Assembly: GCF_009914755.1 (NCBI RefSeq)
Contig: NC_060926.1
DNA: 64,000 nucleotides
Source of the DNA: the human T2T-CHM13v2.0 reference genome, Homo sapiens
Strand: one strand, 5' to 3'
In this document: positions 27,356 through 42,563 of the stretch, one piece after another
Position numbering within the stretch: position 1 is the stretch's first letter
Layout: each line of letters opens with the position of its first letter
Notes under the pieces: model-generated
Databases searched by the model: none
What the model was told of the DNA's origin: nothing
Seen by the model: only the letters and a program-made list of their open reading frames with translations
Position numbers and translations under genes: made by a program

Positions 27356-28289
27356 GAAGGTGATATATTTTCAATAAAAACAGTTGGGATTAGATGATAT
27401 AATTACTTAATTAAATGGCTTTTGAAAGTGTCCTTAAATATTATTCCCCTGATTTCCAGGAACAAGAGGGGTGGCATCATTAAATATTTCCACCTTTTGC
27501 CCACTCCTGTTAATACTAGCATCAATGACATACCATTCTGTAGATTGCTTATTTGTAGAGTAGCACTTCTGGAAGGGTCTTGTTTGTCCTTGGACAGACA
27601 ATAGAACTAGGGCATTGGTTTTCTGAATAATATTTTGGGAAGTGATGCTTTAAAATAAACCTCAGATCAAAGCTGGCATTACTGACGTAGTACTTGAAAC
27701 TTTCTCTAAAATTAGATAGGATTCCCAGGAGAAGGGAGTAGAGAGTACCAATGTGACTTGGGGTTTCTATTCACTCTATTTAGTCTGTTTTTCATTTATT
27801 GAGTGATCCTAAGGCACATTGTGTTACCCTTTTAAAAATGTCCCATGTGGAATTTTTAACATGCAAAAAGACCTAATAAAATGTGAGCTTCTCAGCGATA
27901 ATGGTGCAATTCACTTATCAAATTCCCATTGTTTAGTTCTTTTTGAAACCTAGAATCCCAGAGATTATTGACCCTGCCAAGTTTTACAGAAGAGGGCAGT
28001 TTACATAATGAAATCTGCTGTTTCATATTCACACTAGATAAAACCATCAATTAAGGTATCAACTAAAGTGTCCATACAGACTCCTTATCGTGAAATATTA
28101 GCATTTTCCAGATCATTAAGTTTCTGTTTTTATCATTGTGTAGTTAAATTAAAATAAAAAGCAGATATAATCTTGTCTTTGAATTTAGTATTGAAGGAGT
28201 AAAGTAACTATAAGCAACCTGTAACCTTCCAAAATGAGCAGAGTTGGTCATCTATATCAGATTCAAAGAGGTTGGTCATGGAACTATGA

Positions 28290-28535
28290 GGAAGCAGAAT
28301 CATAGGTCTTAGGAGCCTGGGTTTTTTAGGGCTGAGTTTCAATTCAATCTGAGCTACTTTCTACCTATGTGACTTTGGGCAAATCACTTAGTTTATCTGA
28401 ATATCAGATTCTTTTTTGTCTGTCAAAAAATATATATGTCACAGGATCATTATACAGATTAAATAATATAAAGAAGGTATTGCTTTTGAATAGTGTCTAA
28501 CACATCATAAGTAAGCAATAAGTAGTAGCTATTGT
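28290..28535 (+). mobile_element. MIR
   Basis: ctatgtgactttgggcaaatcactta...tctgaatatcag...taagtaagcaataagtagtagctatt. Confidence 0.7.
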
Positions 28536-28744
28536 TGGCCCAAACCAGATTTCAACATAGAGAATAACCCTTGTAAACATATCTGGAGAATGTACCTACC
28601 TAAACAAATATCAAGCACCCTGTTATTTTGGGTAGCCATAGGATGAATTGTTATTACGTATTCACATTTTGTAGAAATAAGTTACCACTATTCAATTGCA
28701 ATTGATAATTCAGATGGACAGTATATTTCTGCAAAAAGTAGTAT

Positions 28745-28890
28745 TTACTGTCATACTGTTAAACTTCTGCTGTATGTCAGGTACAGTCCTTGGCACAGTG
28801 AATGTGATAATACAACCATAGCTCTAGTCTTTATGGAGTTTGAGTCCAGTGGGGAAGACAGATTATGGTAATTAAACAAACATAAATTTA
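28745..28890 (-). mobile_element. L2 3' fragment
   Basis: tatgtcaggtacagtcc...ctagtctttatggagtttgagtccagtggggaagacaga. Confidence 0.55.
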
Positions 28891-29339
28891 ATAACTATAA
28901 ATTGAGTGTTTCTTTGGCTCTTCCCTTACTAGAATCTACATATTCTGAGGTCCAAAATTCCATGACTTGATTAACCTTGATCCCACCTCTTTCTTATTGA
29001 AGTATAGGTTCTGGATTACGGATCTCATCACATTGTTACTGCACTAAGATCAAATGTTATTATTTATAGAAATCCAATGTTCAATTTTCAAAACTTAATG
29101 AATTATTAGTGCTTCAGTATATTGTATTTAATATTTATTCATTGGGTTCCAAATACACAATATATAATCTCTTAACCCAAAAGCCATATTTTCTCAGAAA
29201 TACAATCAAATAAATATGAGATGGAATCTTAATCATGTTCTCATCACAATCTGTTGCCTCATTTCTCTTTAGAATAACAACAATAGCAACATGACTGCCT
29301 CACAATTTTCTGATTACACTTATTTTGTAGGAGAAATTT

Positions 29340-30150
29340 TGTAGAATAAATATGATTTGAAGACAACTCTCAACAACAGGGAACTGTGATTGTGTAAAAG
29401 AAAGGCTTATGCTAGATTGCAGGTAGTCATGAAACACTTTTCTGAGAAAAAGATATTTAAGCCAACCCCTAAAGAATTAATAGGAATAATTTTGACTCAT
29501 AGTGAGGTAAGGAATATTGTAGACACAATGCAGCATAATGGCGAGTGTATGAAGGAGAAAACAGTGTAAACATCTGTTCCATGCATTTTGAGAATATTTA
29601 GGGTAAGAAATGTGATGAGAAGTAAGATTGGTGGAGTTTGCAGAGGCTAGTTTATGTAGTGCTTGGAAGGCTAGGTATTTTGGACTCAATCGCAGATACA
29701 AAAAAAGTTGTCAGAGAATGTGGCACATATGTCAGTCAGATCAGAAAGCACAAGCAAGTGTCTGCTGTAATAAGAAATGAATCCCAAAGTGGTTGTAAAA
29801 ACAATGTTTTTTGGTTTTTAAAAAACAAACATCTTTTTTTTTTGCTCATATTAAATGTCTATTATGGCACCATTGGGTCTCTACTCCATATCTAGTAGAG
29901 AAAGACAGAAAATATTTTGAACAATGTTAAGATATACCACAGAGCAAAAGAATGAGAAGATTCGGCTTGTCTTTTTAAAAGATTAGCAATCTGAGGATGA
30001 AGAAGAAAATAAAGAACACAAAACCAGATGTGGGAAAACCAACTAGGAGTTTGTTGTAGGATTAAAGGAAATAGAAAATGGTGACTTTACCTAAGGTCTA
30101 GCTGAGAGAAAGAGCAAGCTGCATAGATTCAGGATATACTTTCTCAGCAG
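29340..30150 (-). mobile_element. L2 fragments, possibly with an old MLT1 piece at about 29745-29960
   Basis: ggtagtcatgaaacacttttctgagaaa...aaccaactaggagtttgttgtag...atggtgactttacctaagg...tagattcaggatatact. Confidence 0.5.
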
Positions 30151-30348
30151 AGTAGGCAAGATGGCTTTGTTCCACACTGCAGACCAGGGACACATAGTAA
30201 CATTGGCTCAGTCTATTAGAACTTGAAGAATTTACTACTTAAAATACACAAAAGAAGAAAAAAATTAAGACCAAACACAAGAATTATGTTAGTAAAAATG
30301 TTCACTACTGTACCCTGGGAGTGATTGGACGTGTTCTGCCTTCCCTGC

Positions 30349-30704
30349 TGTATTAGTCTGTTCTCACACTACTAATGAAGACATGCCAGAGACTGGGTAA
30401 TTTATAAAGGAAAGAGGTTTAATTGACTCACAGTTTCATATGGCCAGGGAGGCCTCACAATCATGGCAGAAGGTGAATGAGGAGCAAAGTCACATCTTAC
30501 ATGGCAGCAGGTAGGAGAGCTTGTGCACGGGAACTCTCATTTATAAAACCATCAGATCTTGTGAGACTTATTCACTACCATGAGAACAATATGGGTGAAA
30601 CTGCCCCCATGACTCAATTATATCCACCTGGCCCCGCCCTTGACACGTGGAGATTATTACAATTCAAGGGGAGATTTGTGTGAGGACACAGCCAAATCAT
30701 GTCA
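30349..30704 (-). mobile_element. THE1B-like solo LTR
   Basis: tgtattagtctgttctcacact...gacacagccaaatcatgtca; TSD cctgc/cctgt. Confidence 0.9.
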
Positions 30705-31214
30705 CCTGTTGATGTTACAATGGAAGAGTATAGTGCTAGAACTCAGGATGCCAGAAGCTAGCTAGAATTACTCATCAGTCCTTTCAGCTTTCAAATTGGG
30801 ATTATAATACCTACTGTTCTTAACTCAGAGGTTTAAAATGTATAAGATGCTATATGAATATTAATAGAATAAAAGATTTGCTCTCTACTAACCACTTCAA
30901 ATAATAAATAATAGAATATGAGAAAGGAATGTGTGTAAGGAGAGGAAGCATTGCATCTGACATCAGAAGATTCTGATTTAATATTGGCAATGACTTTTAC
31001 CTACTTACCTTAGGTTTTAAAAAATATTCCTTAAAATAAAAATGTGACCTTAGAAAAATTATCCAATTTTTCAGGGCACCAGTGTAGTCATCATGAAAGG
31101 GAAAAATACTAATTACCTACATATTGTTATGAGAATTAAATAACATGATTAATCATACCTCCTAGTTCAGTGTTACTTGACTCAGACTGGCAGGGAGCTG
31201 TCAAAATACATCAT

Positions 31215-33422
<2,208 letters not shown>

Positions 33423-33592
33423 TGTAGCACAAGAGGGTTTGTGAAGACCATCACCCTGCCCTTGCTGCGAGATGAGACCTGCGGGCCGTGGGTTACTGAC
33501 ACCTGCTATTTAAACTGATCTTGCTCTGTCTCTTCTCTATGTGGATAAAATACTGTTCCATCTAGTGCCTATAGGAGTTACGTCTTTCTTTT

Positions 33593-33931
33593 TATCTTGG
33601 TTTGGACTGCTGTAACAAAATATTGTATGGCTTAAAAACGGATATTTATTTCTCATCGTTCTGGAAGCTCGAAGTCCAAGATCAGGGTGCCAGCATGGTC
33701 AGGTTCTTGGTTCACAGAAGGTTGCCTTCTCACTGTATCTTCATATGCTGGGGTGAGGAGTGTATTGGAGAAGAGGAAGCTTTGGTCCCTTCATCTACTT
33801 ACAGGAGTACTAGTCTCATCTTGGAGGCCCCACCCTCATAGGTAAAGGCCCCACTTCCAAATACCATTACCTTTGGGATTAGGGCTTCAACATATGAATT
33901 TGGGGAGAACAAAACCATTCGGTTCAGAGCA
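33593..33931 (-). mobile_element. MLT1A/A0-like solo LTR
   Basis: ctgctgtaacaaaat...gaagtccaagatcagggtgccagcatggtc...gattagggcttcaacatatgaatttgggg. Confidence 0.85.
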
Positions 33932-34979
33932 GTTGAAGACTCCAATACCTGCAAACTGTTCCAATTCCTGAATTGACATTGTGAGTCTACTGCTTCTTGT
34001 GGTAGGAAACAGATGTCACTTGCTCAACATTTTTATGTAATGTGCAGGGTATTTAGTTGTACCTAGTAGAAGAAGTAGAAGCAAACGTATCTCCTTCAAC
34101 TTAGAAGCAAAAGTCCATATTGTTTCTTTTTTTTAATCAATGCATTCTTATTTAGAATAAACATTTTTGAGAATGGATGTGTTCATTTACATTTAAGTAG
34201 AGACAATATTTTCCTCATGGCAGATCTGGTTCTGTGTCACCCAAATTTGTATTTATGATTCTTACCAACTGTATTTCAATAATAAGAGGCAATTTATTGC
34301 AGTGTGTCACCTAGATTTCTACTTTTCATTCAGGATATTCAAGAACAAAGAATGTTACTTAATAAAGCACTTTGTATGGAAAAAAAAAAAACTATAGGCG
34401 ATCTATTCAAACACTGACTTGAAGCTAATGGTATTAGGATATCCTGGCTGTAAAGTATCAGAACCATCTGGTCTAACCCATGGATTAAAATATCAATGTA
34501 TCAGTCAGTGTTCTCCGAATCAGCTGTGTTTGTGAGTCTGGGACTGCTTTAGTGACAAACATTCATTTGATGCCAGAGTTGTAGCTGCCCTAATTTTAAA
34601 GCAGTTGATGGCTTCCCGTGTTAAGTGCCATTATCACAAATTGATGCAAAACTTATCACAGCAGCTGCTGCTGACATTCTCCTTCTCTCACATCCCATGC
34701 TATGTGAATCACAGGTGATAAATATTCAATTGTTTGCAGTGAGAAGTGGTTGAAACATTATGACAGAAAACATATCTGTTTTCTCCTCCACTGATGAGAA
34801 AGCTCCCCAAATTCAACATAAGTGAAGGATTGATGGGGAATTCCAGTTGCAATACAAGGATTATTTAATTATTTTGTGTATGCAGCCATTAAGCCCCACT
34901 CACATTTACATGCTAAACATTTAAATATTATTGTTAAACACAAAGCCCTTTTGTGAGATTAAGTGTTGTTTCTCTAAAA

Positions 34980-35167
34980 CTGTAGTTCTCAAGTGTAATT
35001 CTTGATCCAGCAGCATGAGTATCACCAGTGAGCTTACAGAAATGCAAGTGATCACACTCCATGCCAGACCTCCTAAAGCAGATATTCTGGAGGTGAGTGC
35101 ACAGCAATCTAGGCTTAATAAATCCTCCAGGAGATTCTGATGCAGGTTCAAGTTTGCGAATCATTGC
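34980..35167 (+). mobile_element. MER5A
   Basis: ctgtagttctcaagtg...ccagcagcatgagtatcacc...agaaatgcaa...cctccaggagattctgatgcaggttcaagtttgcgaatcattg. Confidence 0.8.
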
Positions 35168-35729
35168 CATGTCAGCACAGCAAGAAACAACAGTGGCTCT
35201 GCTAGAGAAATCTCACAATTTGAAAACTTTTCACTTCTATGACTACCCAGCTTTCTCTAAATTTAGAATGAAAAAAGTCAGTAAACCTACAGCTGGCTCC
35301 TAATTTCAGTTAGATACCAATTCATTACAAATTTAGCACCTTCCCACAGAGAAGCTCTAATCCCTGGGCAAACACCATATCCTCCTTCTTTATTAATTGC
35401 TGCTGAGGAGGTGGATGGCTGATGCTCTCTTTATTGCATAATTGGTGGTAAAGCCTGGTTATCATGACCTTCCCAAGCATAAGCCATGAATTAAGTATGG
35501 GGTTTCTAGATTCAATGTCCTTTTCAGCTGAATCAACAACAGCTTTAAGTGTGCTCTTTATCTAAATCAGAAAGACATATTGTCACTATCTTGAATTGAC
35601 CTTAGTATCAGTCTACTGGAAAAATAAAAGGGAAACAAATTAAGAATAATAAAATAAAAATACAACTCCAAAGGAATTTCACCTTCATTGACTAATACCT
35701 ATAAAATAGAACCTATACATATGTATTGT

Positions 35730-35900
35730 CGTTTGAATTCACATGACTATAAAGGAAGGTAAGATTTCTTCTCAACAATTTATGAATTAGAATGCTGATT
35801 CAGAGTGTTACATAATTTACCTGAGGTCACATAGCTAGGAAATAGCACAGGGCAATTCAAAGCCAGGTCTGTCAGGCTCCAAACTCTATTTCTCTGTAGT
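35730..35900 (-). mobile_element. MIR
   Basis: taatttacctgaggtcacatagctagg...attcaaagccaggtctgtcaggctccaaa. Confidence 0.7.
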
Positions 35901-36759
35901 ATATGACATTGCTCTTTCTAAATACATGGCCTTCACGGATGGAGCTCTCAAGTGAACTGAGCTAATTGAAGATTCAATGACTTGCATAAACTATTTCCTC
36001 CTCATCATCTGATTATGTATTTAAAGGACATCTTGCGTGCCCTCCAAACCCCACTCTTTCTGTAAGGTCCCCTTTAATTTGCATTTTCTTGTGAAGCCTG
36101 CATCTGTGCCATTGCAGTGATTATATACTCTCCTTAACACAGATAGAAATTAGGGTGTGTTTCCTTTCCTTTGTAATTTAATTAAATGCATGTCCCAAAT
36201 ATATATTTAATCTTTTAAAGTTTGTTTTCACTCTATAACAAAATACTTGAGGTCAAGAGCTATGTATTCTATTTATTTCCCTGGCAGCCCCTTCAGTCTC
36301 CAGTACCATGTCATGCGGAGACATTTATGCTCAAGAATATCTGTTTACGTACATTTCAGTATCCTACAATGCAGTGTCTGATAAAGCATTTGTGAAGAAA
36401 TGTATTGACCTAAGGAATCCTAGGAGTGCCAAGATGAAAATGCATTATTTCTGTGTATAAGGAGTCACAGTTCAGTATAGAGAATCATGGAAGAAAACTT
36501 CCCAGTGCAGTGGTACACTGATGTACTGGCCATTGGTCATTTAGAGGTATGAGAGAAGCTAGGTCTTATGTAACAGCTAGAAAAGTCTTGTACAAACTAG
36601 ACCTTGAGATACAACTAGAAAAATAGGAAAAACTTTGTTGATACACATGAAAAATAACATTCCAGGCAGGAAGTATCTCATCTGCAATATGTGTAAAGAA
36701 GGAGGATGGTTTTGGGGATCATACGGATTCCAGTACTACTAAAGAATAAGAAGTGAAGG

Positions 36760-37217
36760 TACAATGGGTTGAATAGCATTCTCAAAAAGATATACCCAAG
36801 TCCAACCACTAGTACTTTGAGTGTGACCTGATTTAGAAATATGGCCTTTGCACATATAATTAAGGTTCTCAAGATAAGATCATTCTAGATTTAGGGTGGG
36901 CCCTAAATCCAATGACTGGTGTCCTTATAAGAGAAAGTTAGGGGAGATTTGACAAACAGAAGAAGAAAAAGGAAAGCCAAGTGACGTCGGATTCAGAGAC
37001 TGGAGTTACGCAGCCTCAAGCAGAGGAAAGCCAAAGTTGCTGGCAGTCATCAGAAGCCAGGAGAGAAGCATGGACTGAACTCTTCTTCAGAGTCTCCCGA
37101 GTAAATCACCTTAATTTTGAACTTCTGGCCTCCAGAACAGTGACAGAATAAATTTCTGTTGTTTGATGCCACCACATTTGTAGTAATTTGTTATGGCAGC
37201 CCTAGGAAACCGATACA
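36760..37217 (+). mobile_element. MLT1B/C solo LTR
   Basis: atgggttgaat...gggccctaaatccaatgactggtgtccttataaga...gttatggcagccctaggaaaccgataca; perfect 5-bp TSD GAAGG (36755-59, 37218-22). Confidence 0.9.
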
Positions 37218-37388
37218 GAAGGAAATTAAGAAGCACAGTGATGGGACAGACACCTAGGGACAGGTAGCTAGTCTTCAGATCAAAAATATTTTGGGATGAT
37301 ATGTGCTCAGCAGATTGGACATTTTCTGGCATGCTATAGAAACCACTGAAGAATTTTAAGAAGGAGACTAAATCTGAGTATTAGAAAG

Positions 37389-37756
37389 TGATATGGTTTG
37401 GCTGTGTCCCCAACGAAATCTTGAATTGTAGTTCCCATAATCACCACATGTCTTGGGAGGGACCCAGTGGGAGGTAACTGAATTATGGGGGTGGTTAGCC
37501 CCGTGCTATTCTTGTGATAGTGAGTGAGTTCTCACGAGATCCGATGGTTTTACAGGGGTTTTTCCCCCTTTGCTCAGCACTTCTCCTTCCTGCTGCCTTA
37601 TAAAGAAGGACATGTTTGCTCCCCCTTCTGCCATGATTGTAAATTCCTGAGGCCTCCCCAGCCATGCTGCACTGTGAGTCAATTAAACCTCTTTCCTTCA
37701 TAAATTACCCAGTCTGGGGTATGTCTTTATTAGCAGCATGAGAACACACTAATATA
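37389..37756 (+). mobile_element. THE1C-like solo LTR
   Basis: tgatatggtttggctgtgtcccc...tattagcagcatgagaacacactaatata; TSD gaaag/gaaaa. Confidence 0.9.
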
Positions 37757-37889
37757 GAAAAACTGTTCTTTGGTAGGATAGATATAAAAGATAGAAGGAC
37801 TGATAAAGAAGCTATCTTAATAGTTCCACTGGGAAACATCTAAACAAGTTCAGTGGTTGCAGGGACAGAAAACAGGGAAAGGATATGAG

Positions 37890-37892
37890 AAA

Positions 37893-37923
<31 letters not shown>

Positions 37924-37925
37924 AT
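37890..37925. repeat. (AAAT)9 microsatellite
   Basis: Direct. Confidence 0.95.
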
Positions 37926-38079
37926 GGACAGACCTTGGGCTTGATTGTATATGAAATCAAAGAAGGCAGGAAAAACTTACATTCGTATTATGTGTACTAT
38001 TTTATAACTATTATATGTATTATTTTTAAGCCAATATGCTCACCTAGCAATATAATTGTGAGCATAAATAAAAGACTTA

Positions 38080-39060
38080 AAACACTTGCACAAAATCATT
38101 TAATAACTGAATAATATACCATCACAGAAATTAGCCATGATTTGTATAACCAATCCTGTTTTTGTCGGTTTTAAAATATTTATTTCTTATAAATATTATT
38201 GTAGTCAATGCTCTGGAATACATACATATATATGTATATATACACACACACACACACATATGTATACCATGTTTGTACATTCTCTATTTCTTTATTTCCT
38301 CAGAATAAACTCCCAAGCTGAGTAAAAGTATATGTAGATTGTAAGCCTTTTTTTTTATTTTTGAATATTGTCATTTTGTTCCCTAGAAAGTTTTGTGGGT
38401 TTTTTTTTTTTTGTCAATTTAAATATCTGCCAGCCATGCATAAGAGAGGCTGTTACTTTCTTCTCTCCCAGAGAACTGATATTCTTCAAAGATTGTACTC
38501 CTAATAGGCAACAAAATGCAGCAAGTTGCTGTTTAATTTACATTTCTCCAATTATAATTAGACTGAGCATTTTAGAATGATCTTTTCACCAGCCTTTAGC
38601 ACATCATCCTTTCTAGCATGTCTGATTACGTCCTGTGCCCATTTTGGTATTGGGTCTTTTTTCCATTGATTCTTAAGAGATTACTTACATATTGAGTGTC
38701 ATATTTTTTATCAATAATTCTTGCAAATATTTATCTAACATTTTTATTTGTTTACTTTTACACTCTCTCAATTCACAAAAGTATTATTTTTGTTAAATAA
38801 TTTGTTAAATTATTTTTGTTAAATCTATCACTATTTTCCTCAATGAATGATGTCTTTCGTATTATGTTTAATTTTCTTTGCCCCGAAACTTTTTAAATAT
38901 TTAGCAATGTTTTCTTCTAGTAGTTTTTTAGGTGAAACTTTTTAATGTAGTTAATCCATCTTGAATGTATTTGAGAAAAATTGTGAAGCAGGGATCCATA
39001 TTCACTATTTTTGTCATACACCTAGCTATTGAATTAACACTATATTTGAAGCCAAAACAG
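38080..39060 (-). mobile_element. Old L1ME fragment
   Basis: tttaataactgaataatataccat...ttgctgtttaatttacatttctc...gtcctgtgcccatttt...taatccatcttgaat. Confidence 0.6.
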
Positions 39061-39853
39061 GTTTGAATAATGCCTAACATTATCACTGAGAAGTGAGATA
39101 GTCTACAAACTGTGAAAATGGTTCTCTTATTCTTCAGTTTTAAGATAGAATGGTTGTGATGAAAGCCTGACTCAAGTGAGTTTTCAATAGAATAGAGAGG
39201 TTTGGAGACAAAAAAAATGTAAATTATTGTGAAGAGTTTTAGTGTAAACTGCAGCAAAGAAATATAGTAGCAGCTGGAAGAAATGCAGTTCAGAATTTAT
39301 GAAATCTTTAACATAATTTATCAAATAGTCTCTATTTTTCTGAGCATAGGATGAATGATTAATTCCGAATGAGAGGTGTGGATACACATTGGAAGACAAC
39401 GGCTCCTGTCATCCATGTAGTCTTTCTTCCCCTCCAAGATCCCATGGTAAAGACTATAAAACAAAACAAATAGATGCACAACAGTGCTAAAAATATAAAA
39501 CTATGCCATTTTCAGTTCGGATGTTTTGAAAAATTTCTGGAGATAGAATGCAGATTCATTGATAACTTAAGCAAAGCACAGATTACAACTGCATCACGGG
39601 AGTGCCGTTCTTCACAGTGTAACTATGAGCAAAAGTGCCCATGAGTGGCTCAAAGCAGAAGAGCATTCAGGGGTTGTAAATTAGGTGAATAAGATTGCAT
39701 ACATATATGGCTGGTGTCCCCAACCCCATTCACTAATCACTGTGGTCAATTTATCTAAGAAGCTCTGTAAAATGAAATGGATAACTGGAATGTAGAAAGA
39801 CAAAAGGCAGAATCTAAGATATAGCTGAGCTTCCATAAACATTGACCTGATAA

Positions 39854-40042
39854 CAGGTTTACTAGATAAAATACAAAAACAAAAAAACCAGGATGTATGA
39901 ACTTCAGATATACAAAAATAATTAAAATATTCCCAAAATATTACATGGGACACACTCATTCTAAAATATTATTTATTATTTATCTGAAATTCACACTTAA
40001 CTAGGCATCTTGCATTTTTATTTGCTAAACCCAAAAACACAA
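39854..40042 (-). mobile_element. MER53 (palindromic hAT MITE)
   Basis: agataaaataca...gaacttcagata...tgggacacactcattctaaaat...tttatctgaaattcacacttaactaggcatcttgcatttttatttgctaaa. Confidence 0.75.
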
Positions 40043-40044
40043 CA

Positions 40045-40916
40045 TATGTAGAGATCCCTTCCCCTCACCTTAGAGGAAAGCCTGCTTGATGACAAAAATA
40101 TGAATTTACCAGAAACCTCACTTAGCCCTCATATTCATAGGTGAGGAGCTATAGTCAAGAAACCTATCCAATGCAAAGAAAACCCTCACCAGCTACCTAG
40201 TCAGCCAGCCATTCCTCGATAAACGCAAATAACCAAACAAAAAATTGCCAACATTTGAGGAAAGGCAAAATAGGCCATAATAAGAAAGAAAACAATTACT
40301 GGACTTGGTAATGTGGGCAGTAGAAGAACATGTAAAAAGAAGCTCTAGTTAATATTCTCCTAGATATATTAAAGAAGAGTCCACCCATAAATCGAAGAGA
40401 TGATGTGAAATAGTCATAAAACAGGAAAAAGTATATAGAAATCAAAATTTTAATTTATAAAAGATAAAGTACTGATTTTAATATTAAATGGCTATAGTGG
40501 AATACAGCATTAGGAATTTATAAGTTCAAGTTGAGAAACTATTCCAAAATATAGACAAAAAAAAAAAAAGAAAGACGGGGTTTAAGACACAGAGACACAG
40601 AAGCTCAATCCAGGAAATCCAGTGTTTATCAAATAAAAGAAATGAAGAGGCAATAAAAGGAAAGAAGAAAGTGGCTATGGATGTAGATCCCAATGGCAAA
40701 AAATCAGAAGGATGGGCACCATCTCAGCAGCAGCAGAGAAGTGACTATAAACTTCACCTGCCTTCTGGAAAAAGTGATTGTTTATTGGAATATGAGGAGA
40801 AAAAGATGACGAAAAAAGGAAAAGCAAAAGAAATTAACCTAGCTATTTCTAAGGATTTCGAAACTAAAATGTTAAATATTATTTACCAAATAAGGCAGCA
40901 GCAAATATATAAGATT
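40045..40916 (+). mobile_element. HAL1/L1ME ORF1-like fragment
   Basis: A-rich ...tagttaatattctcctagatat...aagttcaagttgagaaactattccaaaatatag...tcaatccaggaaatccagt. Confidence 0.5.
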
Positions 40917-40931
40917 AAAAACTAATAAACG

Positions 40932-41246
40932 GGCCAGGCACGGTGGCTCACGCTTGTAATCCCAGCACTTTGAGAGGCCGAGGTGAGTGGATCACGAGGT
41001 CAGGAGTTCGCGACCAGCCTGGCCAATATAGTCAAACCCCGTCTCTACTAAAAATACAAAAATTAGCCAGGCATGGTGGCGCAAGCCTGTATTCCCAGCT
41101 ACTTAGAGGAGGCTGAGGCAGAATAATTGCTTGAACCTGGGAGGCAGAGATTGTAGTGAGCTGAGATCGCATGACTGTGCTCCAGCCTGGGCAACAGAGA
41201 GAGACTCCATCTAAAAAAAAAAAACAACAACAACAACAACAAAGAA
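40932..41246 (+). mobile_element. AluS (Sg-like) with (CAA)n tail
   Basis: ggatcacgaggtcaggagttc; TSD aaaaactaataaacg / aaaaactaataaatg. Confidence 0.95.
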
Positions 41247-42089
41247 AAAAACTAATAAATGAAAAATTATAAATTGACTCAGAATTATCATCCTTTTTAC
41301 TGAGTTTTGCATTAATCTCTATGTAAGAAATGGTGATTAAATCCATGTAGACTATATGTATTCGAAAATTTCCTTTGACATGGATACTTGCTTTCCTCTA
41401 AGAAATACTCTTCTTCAATTTTTATATCTATGCCTTGATTTTGTAAGTACATTTAAAGATATATGTTACTAATAAAGATACAATGCATTCATCACTAACA
41501 CCATAATAAAATGTCAAGGGGGAGAAAACTGAGAAAAGGCCACTAAATTTGTTAATTAGAGCAAACCCTCAATTTCAGTGGACAAAACATACATCCTTTT
41601 GATGTTAGCATATTAATAACATCCTTTAGAAGAGAAAAAATGATATGCCTACTTTGAAAACACACTAACAATATGAAATCATCCCTGTATATATCAAAAT
41701 ATATTGATACAGAGAAAGGTTTCTAGATAATTTACCAATGACAAAATCATGAAGAGATAAAATAGTTTTGCTTTTCTATCATGTGTGTGATATGTATATA
41801 TCCTCCTTTGAATATATACATACTCTTTTTTGGTGATAGTATAGCTCTTGAGCAAAATGGAAAATAACTGCTGTTGGATAGGAAAATGCTATTTAGTACA
41901 AAAACCTATTAAATATGTTATAATTTCATATTAGTATGTTGCAAGTTTTACAGAAATGCTAGTTACAGAATTTGAAGATGGTTAAAGAATAAATATTTGG
42001 GTATTATCAGGTGCATTTCTTAAAAGTATCATAACAATTTAGATTTCATTAAAAAATGAACAACAAGACAATTATACTATTTCCTGTCA

Positions 42090-42241
42090 TTTTCTCTACT
42101 GCAACATACATGCCCGGAGGGCACAGATTTTTGTTTTCTTTCATTAACTGCTGTTGATCAGGTAGATAGAATAGTACCTGGACTAGTAAGTCACTCAGTA
42201 AATATTTGTTGAATGAAAAAATGAGTCAACGAATGAATGAA
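42090..42241 (+). mobile_element. L2a 3' end
   Basis: tagaatagtacctgg...ctcagtaaatatttgttgaatgaa...gaatgaatgaa. Confidence 0.8.
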
Positions 42242-42489
42242 TAGCTATTCAAAGACATTTGTTTTGTTAATATACTTGAAGAAAATTACTACCTTCAATT
42301 ATTCAATAAGCTACAGCCATTGCCATACTTGGTAAGCTCCATTCAGTGGCTCTATTAATTACCTAGATGATGTCTCTGAATCCTTTATTGCTTTTTGTTA
42401 ATATTACTTCATGTCTGTTTCTCTTTCTTACTGAAAAGTAGGGTCTTTGATAAATCATCTAAGTTTGTTGCCAGGGGCTTCTCTTTCAG

Positions 42490-42563
42490 GTTAATAGAAT
42501 ACAGTTTGCCAGATATCTCCTAGGTGTAAAAGTAGAAACAGGCACAGTCTAGAGAAAAGTGAG
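42490..42563 (+). other. Candidate non-coding exon (74 nt)
   Basis: Acceptor cttctctttcag|G and donor GAG|gtgagt; stops in all three frames. Confidence 0.3.

Larger units (their letters stand above)
36380..37970 (-). mobile_element. L2 fragmented by MLT1C and THE1C insertions
   Basis: aggagtcacagttcagt...cattccaggcagga...agaaaccactgaagaattttaag...gaagctatcttaatagttc. Confidence 0.55.

Noticed and set aside
38786-38825. Short direct repeats (tttgttaaat x3; also 4140-4156, 33006-33022, 61938-61964) as an array system
   Set aside because: Simple slippage duplications inside old repeats, with no repeat-spacer architecture
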